Origin: Candidatus Caccopulliclostridium gallistercoris
GTDB lineage: Bacteria > Bacillota > Clostridia > Christensenellales > UBA1242
Assembly (NCBI GenBank): GCA_018713725.1
Contig: DVOJ01000015.1
Span: forward strand, 9,402-73,401
DNA: 64,000 bases
Direction: 5' to 3'
Shown: positions 1 to 11,172 of the stretch, in pieces
Layout of the letters: every line of letters begins with the position of its first letter
Position numbering within the stretch: the first letter of the stretch is position 1
Made by a program: the position numbers and the translations under genes
Notes under the pieces: generated by a model
What the model saw: only the letters and a program-made list of their open reading frames with translations
Told to the model about the DNA's origin: nothing
Databases searched by the model: none

Positions 1-2021
1 TTTTTGAACTTACTTAAATAGTTTGATAGAACTTTCAAGCACGATTTATTGTAATCGTCTTTTTCTTGTTCGAGTTTACTATCGACAATATCAGCTAGGT
101 CTTGGAAGATAGGGTAATCTTTTGGTGTAAGCTTTGAAAGGTCTGTTTTGCCTGTAATGTTTTTTAGCGAGTATGTTTCTAGGATTAATTTATTTAAAAG
201 TTCTAGACTATCTGCGTTTATTCCAACTAGTATCAATCTGAAGAATTCTTCTAGGAATTGCAGATGCGAATAGAACGAATTGTTTGTTCCGTCTGCATTT
301 TCGTCATCTAGTGAGTCTATTATTTGAAATGGATTAATTCTTCCATCTCTGCTACTAGATACATCAAGGACAGAGCCTTTCATATTTTTTGCTAGATTTG
401 TATACTCGTTTTCTGGATCTAGAATAAATACCTTTGAATTATCACTTGCAAGCCCTGTTAGTATTGTTTTAGTTGCAAATGACTTTCCAGAGCCAGACTT
501 TCCAATAATAACCATATTTGAGTTAACTCTTTCATCGTCACGCTTAAAGAAGTCTACAAAAGTTGGTAGTTTGTTCTCTCCAATAAGTATTCCTTTTTCA
601 TCTAGTATTGCGTTGCTTACGAATGGGAATGATGATGCTAGTGCTGATGAGTTAAGTCCTCTTGTTAAATTTAGTTTATTTAACTTTGAAATACTACTTG
701 CTAAATAACCATCAATTTGTCTGCCAAATAACTCACTAAACTTAAACCCCATTTCTTTTAATTTTCTTCTAACAAATCGTTTGTTCGTAGTTTGTTTACT
801 TTCGTCATAGGCAGTTATTATTAAGGTTGTGTCAAGGAATGTTTCGTTGTCGTTTTGCAGTCCAATAAGTGTGCTTTGCAAACTTGACAGATGTGTTTCT
901 TTGTCAATTTGACTTGAAGCCTTTCCTAAATCTCTTTGACTTAACAGTTCGTTTATAGCACCGTCTATTCGTTTGATTGCCTTAATTTTATCTACTGGGG
1001 TTGCTTTTAAAACTACTTTTGTGTTTGGCAAGTCAAACAAATCTTGTCCCCAAGCATTTGGCACTTGAAGTGGGTAATCAGTTATTACAAAATGTGTAAG
1101 CCATTTATCATCTTGTATAACTCTTGAAGATTTAAATGCAACGCTGTTTGGAACACTTGCTGATAAGTAGTCCTTTGGTTGCAGTTTGTCAAAATCTCTT
1201 TCGTTAAAATCATTTGTATAAGAATATTTAATAAATTTTGCCAATTCTTTATCCGTTAACTGTTTACTTTCTAAACCATTGTTGTTTAGCGAATTTATGA
1301 TTAAAGATAATGTTCCTTTTAGACTTTTACTATCTATATCGTGCAAAACTATATAGTAGTAACTTGAAAGCACTTTATCTTCTGAATTGAATTTATCAAT
1401 GATATTAATTCTATCTTCAAGAACATTTGCTCTTGCTTTGAACTCTTCTTCACTTAACTGCTTATTTTCGTTTGCTTCAATAAGTTCCTGTATTTTAGTG
1501 AGTTCGGTACTGATGTAATTGTCAAAGATTACAGGTCTTTCAAGTTTGACAATATTGATTTCTTGGAATATTCCAACATTTTTTAAAATGTTAGAGATAA
1601 CTCCATCAATAAAGTAGTTTTGCTTAAATTCGCTAAGCATATTAAACTCTATAGGCTTGACTTCTATCACACCTGTGTATCCACCATCTTTTTGGCGAAT
1701 CACATCGTTTTCAATAGAAGAATAAGGGACTATGTTTCCGATATTAGATTTTCCGTGATTTGTTTTTTTAAATTTCTTTCGTGAGAATGTGTATTTCAAA
1801 CCATAGACCAAAGCTTGATAAAGTTTAATTTCGCCAATTGGTATAAACAACGGAGCAAACACAACAAGTATTACCATTGCAATAATCCATTTGCTTTGCA
1901 GATTGCTTGATACTGCAAGTGCAAGCATAGCAAGTGCAAAGACAGCAAGTATTACATCTGCAATGGTTACACCTTTATAGAATTGAAGCTTAACCTTAGC
2001 GTTCTTCGGTATTATTCGCAC
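1..2021 (-). CDS. VirB4-type conjugation ATPase with N-terminal membrane segments (3' end outside window)
   Basis: Open to the window edge, so absent from the ORF track. GTG start at 2021 with GGAGG at 2028-2032. Two hydrophobic N-terminal segments, then Walker A NMVIIGKSGSGKSF (nt ~480-520). Confidence 0.8.
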   Translation of the reverse strand, partial: MRIIPKNAKVKLQFYKGVTIADVILAVFALAMLALAVSSNLQSKWIIAMVILVVFAPLFIPIGEIKLYQALVYGLKYTFSRKKFKKTNHGKSNIGNIVPYSSIENDVIRQKDGGYTGVIEVKPIEFNMLSEFKQNYFIDGVISNILKNVGIFQEINIVKLERPVIFDNYISTELTKIQELIEANENKQLSEEEFKARANVLEDRINIIDKFNSEDKVLSSYYYIVLHDIDSKSLKGTLSLIINSLNNNGLESKQLTDKELAKFIKYSYTNDFNERDFDKLQPKDYLSASVPNSVAFKSSRVIQDDKWLTHFVITDYPLQVPNAWGQDLFDLPNTKVVLKATPVDKIKAIKRIDGAINELLSQRDLGKASSQIDKETHLSSLQSTLIGLQNDNETFLDTTLIITAYDESKQTTNKRFVRRKLKEMGFKFSELFGRQIDGYLASSISKLNKLNLTRGLNSSALASSFPFVSNAILDEKGILIGENKLPTFVDFFKRDDERVNSNMVIIGKSGSGKSFATKTILTGLASDNSKVFILDPENEYTNLAKNMKGSVLDVSSSRDGRINPFQIIDSLDDENADGTNNSFYSHLQFLEEFFRLILVGINADSLELLNKLILETYSLKNITGKTDLSKLTPKDYPIFQDLADIVDSKLEQEKDDYNKSCLKVLSNYLSKFK

Positions 2022-3393
2022 TTGGCACCTCCGTTATTTTTGGTTTTCGTTTTATTGCTTGTGCATGATTGAAAAGCGTGTCGCCTTTAATGACATTATT
2101 CATTCGAGGCACGAAGTTTTTACCCATGCCAACTATTCCACCTTTTGCGAGATCTTTCATAACTCCAACTGGCATTGTCGCAAGTCGCATAGGCATCTTT
2201 GCCCACCTTTGTGCTTTGGTCGGATTTTCAAGTCCTGCCACACTTTTTGAAGTAGGTGAAGTGAAAGTGCTTTTCATTCCACCTGTAAAGCCACCAGACT
2301 TGTTTCCGTCCATGTATGCTTTACCACCAAGAACAGCTCCACCAACTGCAAGTGCAGTCGTTCCCACAGCTCTTGTAATGTTTTTGCCTGTTCTCATATT
2401 GGCAATTAGTTCACGAGTTTCACTTCCACCTGCATGGCTACCTGTAAGATTTGCAATAACTATGTTTGCCTTAGTTACAGCAAAGGCTCCACCAATAAGG
2501 AATAGAATGTGGACTATACCATTTTTAAAGGCATTTCCAAAGAATGTGATTTGTTGAACTTGTGGAATTATGATAAAGAATAGATTCATTGATAGTATGA
2601 TTCCGTATGCACCAAGAACCTTACCAATCATCATTTCTTTCCATTGTTTAAATCTCTGTCCATCATCGGTAGGTATGGTGGACACACTAATAGGCGACAC
2701 TATATAAAGCAAGATGATATCGAATATCCTTTGTATGAAACTTATTGCACTCATAACGAACATTATGAGAATAACTAGGCTACCTATAATTCCAACAAAG
2801 AAGTCTAAATCTCTTATTTTGTAGTATTGACTTACGACATCTTTATCGTTGTAATCTAGTTCGCCAGTTATAAATTTTATTTCGATTTCTTCTCGCTCAT
2901 CAGGGTCTCCAATGTATGCGTAGTAACCACTTGTCACTAGTATTTGACCACCGATAGTTGCGTCCTGTCCTGTTTCCATAACATAAGGATTCATTGCTGT
3001 ATTAACGGACTTCACTATTGTGTTTGAAAGTGTAATACCTGCAAGCAAAACGAAGGGAACAATCAAGAAAATAATGAAACTTTGTAATGACTTTCCGAGT
3101 ATCAAAGTTTTACTTTTCTTATTCTCTCCATTTGCATATTCGCTTCTGATTATTGCAACTATTACAAACACGACGAGCAGAGCAACTGCGACAAGCATCA
3201 CTATTAAAAACGATTTTTTAACTGTGTCCGAAAGTAAAAAGTTGGATAATAAATCGGTTTCATTTCCATCTACATTTACGGTTTCAATTCCTGCTAGAGT
3301 ATAGAAAATATCTTTTATGAAATCTATGATGTAGCAGATTGATTTTTGAATTCCGTAAAGTAAATCAAATATCCAATTAGTTAACCAATCCAT
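1996..3393 (-). CDS. Polytopic membrane protein, VirB6/TrbL-like by position and topology
   Basis: 465 aa with many hydrophobic segments and a Gly/Ala-rich tail. Lies immediately upstream of VirB4 and overlaps it in the T4SS operon. Confidence 0.45.
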   Translation of the reverse strand: MDWLTNWIFDLLYGIQKSICYIIDFIKDIFYTLAGIETVNVDGNETDLLSNFLLSDTVKKSFLIVMLVAVALLVVFVIVAIIRSEYANGENKKSKTLILGKSLQSFIIFLIVPFVLLAGITLSNTIVKSVNTAMNPYVMETGQDATIGGQILVTSGYYAYIGDPDEREEIEIKFITGELDYNDKDVVSQYYKIRDLDFFVGIIGSLVILIMFVMSAISFIQRIFDIILLYIVSPISVSTIPTDDGQRFKQWKEMMIGKVLGAYGIILSMNLFFIIIPQVQQITFFGNAFKNGIVHILFLIGGAFAVTKANIVIANLTGSHAGGSETRELIANMRTGKNITRAVGTTALAVGGAVLGGKAYMDGNKSGGFTGGMKSTFTSPTSKSVAGLENPTKAQRWAKMPMRLATMPVGVMKDLAKGGIVGMGKNFVPRMNNVIKGDTLFNHAQAIKRKPKITEVPSANNTEER

Positions 3394-3395
3394 TT

Positions 3396-3905
3396 TTACT
3401 CCTTTAAGAAGATAATTAGACTGTCAAACTGAAAGGCTGTTTTATCTTCACTTTTGTTTTCTTCTACCTCTATATAAAATTCAGTTTGGCTATTACAACT
3501 GACTGGATCTGAAAAGAATAAATCTATATCAGTTGTAACGCCTTTTGTTAATGTTTTTGTTTTAACAGATTTACTATCTCCATCAATGTAAGTTGTAAAT
3601 TTAAGTGTGCAATCTTCTGAACTTCGAACTATAAAAACTACACCTCGAATTTGACAACTTTTCTTTAAACTTATATCTAATTTGCAGTAAGGTTTGCTTT
3701 GAATACTAGAGTTAAACTCCGTGTCGTCAACGAGTGTTCTCATCTCATAATAAACACTATTACCATCATCATCTTCGGCATCCACGCCATAGAAAATTTC
3801 GCAATAATTTTCTTCTGAAACTACACCGTCAACACAGCCTGTGAATAAAATTACCACTAGAACAATCACGGATAATAGACATATTATTTTGAGAACTTTT
3901 TTCAT
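3396..3905 (-). CDS. Lipoprotein of the conjugation operon
   Basis: Signal peptide ending in the lipobox LFTGC. Tightly packed in the T4SS operon. Confidence 0.6.
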   Translation of the reverse strand: MKKVLKIICLLSVIVLVVILFTGCVDGVVSEENYCEIFYGVDAEDDDGNSVYYEMRTLVDDTEFNSSIQSKPYCKLDISLKKSCQIRGVVFIVRSSEDCTLKFTTYIDGDSKSVKTKTLTKGVTTDIDLFFSDPVSCNSQTEFYIEVEENKSEDKTAFQFDSLIIFLKE

Positions 3906-3920
3906 CTTATTTTTCCTTTA

Positions 3921-4217
3921 TTAAGTTGTAATTTGACTGCCTACCCAGTCTTGCAAAATAGGCATTAAAATCTTCAGTCCGACTATCAAAACAAATATGA
4001 CAACGAAGCCTATAATTGCTCCTATCAAATCTTTCTTTGCTTTTTCTCTCGAACCTGCTTCATCAGCTTTGGCTAGCTTGACTCCGAGCACGATACAATA
4101 GATCGTGCCTATTGCTCCAACGAGTCCAATAGCTGGCCATAAGATTGCATTAATAATTTCTAAAACTGGTGATGTTACTGGTGTAAAATCTACCGATGCA
4201 AGTAAACTTCTAAACAT
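3921..4217 (-). CDS. Small two-TM protein, VirB2/TrbC pilin-like
   Basis: 98 aa with two hydrophobic helices, in the T4SS operon. Called from size and topology only. Confidence 0.4.
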   Translation of the reverse strand: MFRSLLASVDFTPVTSPVLEIINAILWPAIGLVGAIGTIYCIVLGVKLAKADEAGSREKAKKDLIGAIIGFVVIFVLIVGLKILMPILQDWVGSQITT

Positions 4218-4466
4218 TAATTTCCTCCAAAATATATTTATTTTCTCTCTTTCAATTTTGAAGTTCTAAAGCTCACTTACTGCATAAAATCTAAACTGGG
4301 TTTCCCAGTTGTAGCAGAGATAGAGGTGTGCGTCAAAATGCGTCAGTGCAATAAGGGGGTGCGTCAAAATATGCCTTTATTTTCTAGGCTTTTTGGCGTG
4401 TTTTTAGCATTTTGAGCCACCTCTTTTCCTGCTTATTAAATAAAAGTCCAATAAACCTTAAAAAAT

Positions 4467-7400
4467 CTACTTTTCTTCAATACTATCTACTTCTTCAGTC
4501 GTTTCTTCAATGGTTGTGATTTCTCCTTTGCCTTTAAAGAAACCTTTTCTTGTTGAGACTAAAAATATTATGATAATAACCACTATTGCAAGCAGTCCAC
4601 CGAACAGTGCAATGGTAGCACCATTGAATGAATAGACAATTGTAAATTCGTATTCCGTTAGGTTGCCTGCAATGTCACTTACAATCAATTTATAAGTTCC
4701 TGCGTTTTCAAGTTTGCCACCAAGTTCGTACTCTTCTTCAGTTCCATTATTTATTAAAGTGAGGAAGATAGGTGTTTCTGATGGGTTTCTTGTGGTTACT
4801 TCACTCTTCGTATAACCACCATTTTCAACGCCTACTAAATCAATTGTAGGTGGTGTTGTATCTAGTGTTAAATTAAAGCTAAATTCTTTATTTACTGAGT
4901 TGTCAAAGACTGTAATTTTGTATTGCCCCTCATCAACTAAATAGAGAACACTGTCTTTATTTTCTTGCTCTAAAACGACATCATTTTTTTGAATTTCAGT
5001 GACTGTAATATCGTCATTAAATATAGTTTCAATTCTCTTTATTGGGGTGTTCAAAATAAGGAAGTCGAAGTATTCTTGATTGCCAATTTCATCTGTTAAA
5101 ACGAATTGATAATAAGCATCTTCATTTAATATTTGCTCAAACTGATAATCTATTTCTTCGCCATTTTTATACATTGTTATAGTGAGTTCTTCTTTTGATA
5201 TTACTCGAACGCCACCATTTGAAATACCACCTTTAAAGGTATTGATGTCGTATAGAATTTTGTTATCAATTGTGAAGTTAAATTCTACAAAATTGCCAGC
5301 TCTGTCGCTTACAATAACTTCGTATTTTCCGTTGAGTTTTATCTCATCTCCACTAGAGTAAGTGCCGAGCTTTTCTTCATCCCTAGTGATAGTTGCTGTG
5401 ACAAATTCTTCTTCCCAAACTACCTGAACGAAATTTGATGTTATTCCGTTATTTTCCACTCCAATGAGAGAGGCAATGGGACTTGTTTTGTCAATAGTAA
5501 ACTCAAAGAAAATCGTGTTTCCAAAGTTATCATAAATCTTTACGATATAGTCGCCCTCATCGTTAAAGTTAGTGCCAAACGAATAAGGGTAACTTTCTCC
5601 ATTCCTGCTTATCTCAATGTTGAGTTCTTCATTGTCTACAAACTTTATACTCTTATTTGTATATCTAATATTTTCAATTGTTGCTTCCTGATTATCTGCA
5701 TAAATTGTGAAGTCCAAAGTTTTATCTATTTCAAAAGTTTTTGTTGTTAGATTACCTATATCATCTGTTAATGTTATTTTATAAACTCCTTCAGTTGTCA
5801 GTATTTGACCATTTAGATACCTATTTTCAGTTCCATTATTAAGGGTATAAATTGCAGACCATCCACCTTGAATTTCCCAAGTTGCATACACATCACTTGA
5901 GGTTGTTCCAAAGTCTGAAACTCCATACAATGTGAGTTCAGGTTTAATTGTTTTTATTGTAAATTTATAAGTGTTGAAGTTCTCATCATCGGTTAAATCA
6001 TATAGCAAAATTTTGTAATCATTATTGATATTTTCTTTTGCTAAAATCTCAAGTCTTACAGTAGAATTTCCATCTTCTTTAATTTCACTTATCTCTATTG
6101 GAATGTCATTTTCATACACAACTGCAATATATTTTGATGCATTGTAAGTGAATGAAACATCTCCATTTGTTCTACCACCATCTTTTACACCTTTAAGTAT
6201 TCCAAGTGGCAAGTCCTTTTCAAACTTAAATTCACTAGTTGTAACTCGTCCAAAGTTGTCGGTTAATTCTACTTTGTAGAGTCCACCTTTGTTGAATGTG
6301 TATTGCTTAGTGGTGGGAGATATATAGATAAGTTCGTTTGTATCATCGTTTGGATATTCGTCATATCCATTGCTGTTATTTAAGATGTTTTCATTTCTAT
6401 AAATTTTAATGTCGGTCACTTGGTTATAATTTTCGCCAGATAGTATAGTGACTTTTACTTGGTTGTTATCGTTTATGGTTTCAAACCTAACCTTAGGCGA
6501 CCCGCCTAACAAACACACTTTAAATGAATAGTTGTTTCCAGCCCTGTCGTAACAGGTTATGTTAAATTCGCCAGTTCCAAATTCAGTTAGATTTGGCAAT
6601 TCATCTCCGTATGAATAGTTGTAAGTTGTTCCATCAGGACACCTTACCTTTACCAAATACCAAGTGTCATCTTCAATGATATTATCTATCTTAAATTCTT
6701 CATAATAGAAAATAAGTTCGTTATTTTTAGGTATATCATTAGCAGATATTGTATGTGTAAAACTTTCATCTTCGCCATAATTTTTAACTGTAACTTCAAG
6801 TATTGGTGCTTGCAGATCAAGGAATACATAGTAATCAGTTTCATGACCTACATAGTCTAATTCTGCTATTTGATAAAGCCCGTGTCTTGAAACTTGATCT
6901 TTGAATGGTATGTTATATAGTAGCAATGACCAGTTATCTCCTGTATCTTCTGCGTATTTGTAGTAGATTTGATAACTTTCGTCATTTCCATCAGTTCTAA
7001 AAACAAAGTCGTTTGCAAGATAAGCTGGTATGTCGTTTGCATTCCACAAGTTGTCGTACATGTCATCATTTATAACATTGCCATAATTGTTAGGATAAAT
7101 ATCCGTTCTATAGTTGTAATATTGAGCTAGACTTACATAATCTAATGCGTAATGTTCTATTACTTTATTTAATAGTTCTTCGTCAAAGTAATACACATAA
7201 AGTTCTCCGTTGTCTATTGATTTGTAGTACCAGTAGTTTCCAACCTTTATACTATCTCCGTTTGCGACTAAATTTGGATAATGAAAATCATCTATATTTT
7301 CTAAATAATAATTAGTAACTAAATTTGCTTTTTCGCTTGCTTTGGCTTTTTCTAGTGCATCTTCATAATATCTGAATGAGTATGTTCCATAATCACTGAA

Positions 7401-9002
7401 TCCATAAGGAATAGAAGTGATATACCATTTTGAAATTTTGTAGTCCGATTCATCTGATATTTCCAACAAGTTTTTACTAGGTGATTTAGTATCAATTGTA
7501 AACTTGCTTGTGATTGAGTTTCCTGCCATATCAACAATTGTTAGGGTGTAATCTCCATTTTCGCCAAGCCAAGTGCCACTTTCTATCTCATAAGTTTGAT
7601 TTTTGAAAGTGAGATATGCTTTTTCGGGACTTTCAGTATCGTCTGCACCAAATACAATTTGCACCTGATCTTTAAATTTTCCACCTGTGATTAATTGTGA
7701 TTTAGCAAGTGTCGTTGGATCAGTTGTAATTGAACCTTTTGAGAAGTTGCTGGTTGCATTTGTATTCTCGTAGTTAAATGTAACATCAGGAATCATTGAG
7801 TCAAGGACACAATAATAAGTGGTATATTTGCCCTCAGCACCATCTTCTATCTCAACTGTCGTAACTCCCTCATTGATAATTGCCATTTTAAGCCCATCAG
7901 CATAAGGTAGACAGTTACTACTTTCAATCGGTATTTGTTTTAAACCATTTACTTTTGTGTAATTGTTAAGATTTGAAGATGTTACAATATAGGCACTAGG
8001 CGAGAAAAATACATTCCCATATTGTGAAACATAGTCGTAGTCGGCAGTAAGGGTGTTTGACCAATTTCTATTCGATCTTGGCATGAAGCCACTCATAAAT
8101 GAATAAATATCAGTGTAATCAAAAGAGCCACCCCACCAACCATTTTCCCAGTAGCCTGTTCCTCTTAGAACTATTGTGATATAAGGGGAACTACAATAAT
8201 CCCAATCGCAAAGTTTATAATACTCATCTCCTGGATTAACTCCATTATTGCGATATTTTCCTGAGCCCATTGTGTTGGCATTATTGTCATGGACATATGA
8301 GGTTAATACATCATCAGGATCTTCGCCTCTATCCCAGGTTATTTCAAAATAGGCTCCACTTTTAAATTTGGTGTTTAAGATTGTTCCTAGAAAACCTTTG
8401 TAGTTATAGGGCATTAAATTTGTCTTTACCCAAATTTCTGATTGGTAATCTATTATTTCATCACTGTATCCAAAGTTTCCGTCTTTCCACCAACTAACAT
8501 CTAGAATACCATCATCGTCATAAATTGCTCTTCCATCAGTTCTAACGACTTTAAAATAGTCAACAAATGATGCATATTTCCAACCACCATAGCTTGTATC
8601 TTTTGTGTGATTGACAACGGTTAAGTCAGGATATGCATTGAGTTGTCCCTCAGGATATTTTGATTGGATATACAAGTTTCCTGACGAAGACGATCCAACT
8701 GTAATATGAGGCATTGTTGATACCATTCCTGAATCACCTCCTACAATTGCAGGCATTGTCGATGCAATTGGTGGGTTACTCCCAATAATATAAGGTAATG
8801 TTGTTATTAAATTACCCGAACTAGAAGATGAAGGTTCATAGTATGAATAGTCTGGATCATTTTTTTCGGTGGTGTATGTGCAAGCAAGTGAGACCATTTG
8901 TGGAATTCCTGTGCTTGTTAACATGATACTCAAACAAACTATTAATAAAGTGCATAGTTGCCAAAACTTAAACTTTCGTTTAGGTTTTGTTTTATGATTC
9001 AT
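4467..9002 (-). CDS. Giant repeat-rich surface protein (putative mating adhesin)
   Basis: 1511 aa with an N-terminal TM/signal and a C-terminal TM anchor (IALFGGLLAIVVIIIIFLV) plus charged tail. The C-terminal half has repeated ~90-aa modules with junctions like F(T/E)IDKT(S)P and LTLDTTPP. Overlaps the T4CP gene end. Confidence 0.55.
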   Translation of the reverse strand: MNHKTKPKRKFKFWQLCTLLIVCLSIMLTSTGIPQMVSLACTYTTEKNDPDYSYYEPSSSSSGNLITTLPYIIGSNPPIASTMPAIVGGDSGMVSTMPHITVGSSSSGNLYIQSKYPEGQLNAYPDLTVVNHTKDTSYGGWKYASFVDYFKVVRTDGRAIYDDDGILDVSWWKDGNFGYSDEIIDYQSEIWVKTNLMPYNYKGFLGTILNTKFKSGAYFEITWDRGEDPDDVLTSYVHDNNANTMGSGKYRNNGVNPGDEYYKLCDWDYCSSPYITIVLRGTGYWENGWWGGSFDYTDIYSFMSGFMPRSNRNWSNTLTADYDYVSQYGNVFFSPSAYIVTSSNLNNYTKVNGLKQIPIESSNCLPYADGLKMAIINEGVTTVEIEDGAEGKYTTYYCVLDSMIPDVTFNYENTNATSNFSKGSITTDPTTLAKSQLITGGKFKDQVQIVFGADDTESPEKAYLTFKNQTYEIESGTWLGENGDYTLTIVDMAGNSITSKFTIDTKSPSKNLLEISDESDYKISKWYITSIPYGFSDYGTYSFRYYEDALEKAKASEKANLVTNYYLENIDDFHYPNLVANGDSIKVGNYWYYKSIDNGELYVYYFDEELLNKVIEHYALDYVSLAQYYNYRTDIYPNNYGNVINDDMYDNLWNANDIPAYLANDFVFRTDGNDESYQIYYKYAEDTGDNWSLLLYNIPFKDQVSRHGLYQIAELDYVGHETDYYVFLDLQAPILEVTVKNYGEDESFTHTISANDIPKNNELIFYYEEFKIDNIIEDDTWYLVKVRCPDGTTYNYSYGDELPNLTEFGTGEFNITCYDRAGNNYSFKVCLLGGSPKVRFETINDNNQVKVTILSGENYNQVTDIKIYRNENILNNSNGYDEYPNDDTNELIYISPTTKQYTFNKGGLYKVELTDNFGRVTTSEFKFEKDLPLGILKGVKDGGRTNGDVSFTYNASKYIAVVYENDIPIEISEIKEDGNSTVRLEILAKENINNDYKILLYDLTDDENFNTYKFTIKTIKPELTLYGVSDFGTTSSDVYATWEIQGGWSAIYTLNNGTENRYLNGQILTTEGVYKITLTDDIGNLTTKTFEIDKTLDFTIYADNQEATIENIRYTNKSIKFVDNEELNIEISRNGESYPYSFGTNFNDEGDYIVKIYDNFGNTIFFEFTIDKTSPIASLIGVENNGITSNFVQVVWEEEFVTATITRDEEKLGTYSSGDEIKLNGKYEVIVSDRAGNFVEFNFTIDNKILYDINTFKGGISNGGVRVISKEELTITMYKNGEEIDYQFEQILNEDAYYQFVLTDEIGNQEYFDFLILNTPIKRIETIFNDDITVTEIQKNDVVLEQENKDSVLYLVDEGQYKITVFDNSVNKEFSFNLTLDTTPPTIDLVGVENGGYTKSEVTTRNPSETPIFLTLINNGTEEEYELGGKLENAGTYKLIVSDIAGNLTEYEFTIVYSFNGATIALFGGLLAIVVIIIIFLVSTRKGFFKGKGEITTIEETTEEVDSIEEK

Positions 9003-11172
9003 TTTTTGCGTTCTCCAAATTTATTAAAGTTGTTATTTTTCTAATTATCGTTTCTATTTTAGGTTTAATATTATATTTTTCAAATTCTTTTGTTTCTGCT
9101 GTTTTAGACAATATATTAATAGCCCTATCATATTGTTTTTTGTCTAACATCTCTATAATTACTGACTTATCACTATCTGCAAGAACATCTATTGGAAGCC
9201 TTGCCATTAGCATCTTTACACCATCTAATGTTTCATCGTAGTTAGGTTTATCAAAACTTACATTTTTCTTTGGTTTAAAGAAAAGTTTGTTTCTCTCAAG
9301 CATGTCATAGAACACTTTTTCTTCCATAAATGGTTTGCCAGACTTTGTGTCTTGCTTTGCATTTCCAAGTTTGTATTTTGAACACCTAAATGACGGTGTA
9401 AATTTACTCTTTATAGGTGCGAAGCCAAACACAGATACAATTGCATTGCCCATATTATTAGCATTATTTAGTTGTGCTAGCTCGCTTGGATAGATAAGTG
9501 GTCTTTCTTTTATGGATGCAGAAGAATTGACATCTTCTGCTTTACCTGTATTAAAACTTACATTTCTTTGTACTAGCGAATAGTTGCCACATTTTTTTGA
9601 AAATTCTTCTATTGTTTTTAGGTCGGTTGTGCCTATGAAAATCTGAATATTGCAGTTTGATTTAATTATATCTGCTGATTTTTCATCGTACACTTTTGCA
9701 AGTTGAGCATACGACTGCACTACGAGTACAAACCATATCTTTCTTGATCGTCCAACAGTTATCATTTGTTCTAGTTTATGAATTCTTGGCAAGTTGCCGA
9801 ACTCATCTAGTAAAAAATAGACGCTTCTTGGAAGTGATAAGTCAGGGAATGTGTTTGCTTTTGTAACCAGTCCCTTATAAGCCTGCAATATTATCATTGA
9901 AGCAAGTGTATGTCTTGTTTCTTTCTCGTCAGGAATTTGCAAGAAAAGTGCTGTTGGCTTATTTGCTATCTCTCCAAAATCTATTTCATTACTGCTAGTC
10001 AATGCACAAATACTTTTATCACTAAACATTGCTAATTTGTCAAAAATTGTTGATAGGTATGATCCACGAGTTTTATCGCTAGCATCTAATACCTGTTTTG
10101 ACAAACTTACCGATTTTGAAATTGGACTTCTTTTTTGAAAATATTTCATCAGATCATCGCAATCATTTTGTGTATTTGTGGCTATTTTCATTATGTTATA
10201 AAAGTTAAATTTTTCTTTTGTCATCCCTAGTTCAGGGTTTTCTGAATCTTCAAGCATTGCTAGTACTATCGCTAAAATGAAGTTTTTAGCCCCACTTTCC
10301 CAAATAGGCTCGCTTTTATTTATTACTGGGCAAAGAACTGAAACAATGTCGTGTAAATCTTCATAGATTTCGTCATACATTTCTTGCTTATCTACCTGTA
10401 TTTTAGATAGCAGTTCTTCGTGGTCATAATAAACTTTATCTTTGTATTTGTAGCAACCATTTTCTTCATCAGCTACAACTTTATCTTCCAAATGTAGCAT
10501 CTCTTGATACATTGTAAATGGCTTTTCAAGTGGATTCCATCTTATCGAACAATATGGATTGCGTAGGTCTATAACTTTCACATCATAGCCAAGTCTTTTA
10601 AGTTCTTGACAATGCAAAGAATATAGTTCGCCTTTTGGATCAGATAAAATCATAGATGGTCTATTTTTAGAGTGGGCTAATATTTGTGTTGTTGGATTAA
10701 TGAAAGTAGTTGTTTTACCTGAACCTGTCGTACCAATTATCAGTGTATGTGCAGGTTTTGATAGTGTAATTGTCAGTTTTTTCTTGATTTCTTCTGCTTT
10801 GATAGGAATTCCATCTATGTTGGTTTGAGAAAGTCTATCAAAGTCAATTTGTTTAAAGTTCTGCTTTAGTTCTTTATCGCTTTCAAAATGTGCTTGTTCG
10901 AGTCCTGCTAAAAAATGTTTATCCTTTTCGCTTGATTCCATCAAACTTTTGGAATGATTAAGCCAAAAGCCCTTATACCAACCCCAAATATAAAAGCAGA
11001 CAACTATCATAAATAAAAAGGCACTGTACATATAAGTGTCAGTATTTAGCAGAAGACTAGTGTCAAATTTAAATACAAAATCATTTGCCACAAAGCAATT
11101 TGCTAAAAAGCCTAAAGCGAAACAAATCACAAGTAGTAATAACCAAATGATGATTTTTTTAACCATTTTCAA
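8992..11172 (-). CDS. Type IV coupling protein (VirD4/TraG family)
   Basis: Two N-terminal TM segments, Walker A IIGTTGSGKTT, Walker B-like YFLLDEFGNL. Sits directly downstream of the relaxase. Confidence 0.85.
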   Translation of the reverse strand: MKMVKKIIIWLLLLVICFALGFLANCFVANDFVFKFDTSLLLNTDTYMYSAFLFMIVVCFYIWGWYKGFWLNHSKSLMESSEKDKHFLAGLEQAHFESDKELKQNFKQIDFDRLSQTNIDGIPIKAEEIKKKLTITLSKPAHTLIIGTTGSGKTTTFINPTTQILAHSKNRPSMILSDPKGELYSLHCQELKRLGYDVKVIDLRNPYCSIRWNPLEKPFTMYQEMLHLEDKVVADEENGCYKYKDKVYYDHEELLSKIQVDKQEMYDEIYEDLHDIVSVLCPVINKSEPIWESGAKNFILAIVLAMLEDSENPELGMTKEKFNFYNIMKIATNTQNDCDDLMKYFQKRSPISKSVSLSKQVLDASDKTRGSYLSTIFDKLAMFSDKSICALTSSNEIDFGEIANKPTALFLQIPDEKETRHTLASMIILQAYKGLVTKANTFPDLSLPRSVYFLLDEFGNLPRIHKLEQMITVGRSRKIWFVLVVQSYAQLAKVYDEKSADIIKSNCNIQIFIGTTDLKTIEEFSKKCGNYSLVQRNVSFNTGKAEDVNSSASIKERPLIYPSELAQLNNANNMGNAIVSVFGFAPIKSKFTPSFRCSKYKLGNAKQDTKSGKPFMEEKVFYDMLERNKLFFKPKKNVSFDKPNYDETLDGVKMLMARLPIDVLADSDKSVIIEMLDKKQYDRAINILSKTAETKEFEKYNIKPKIETIIRKITTLINLENAKNES

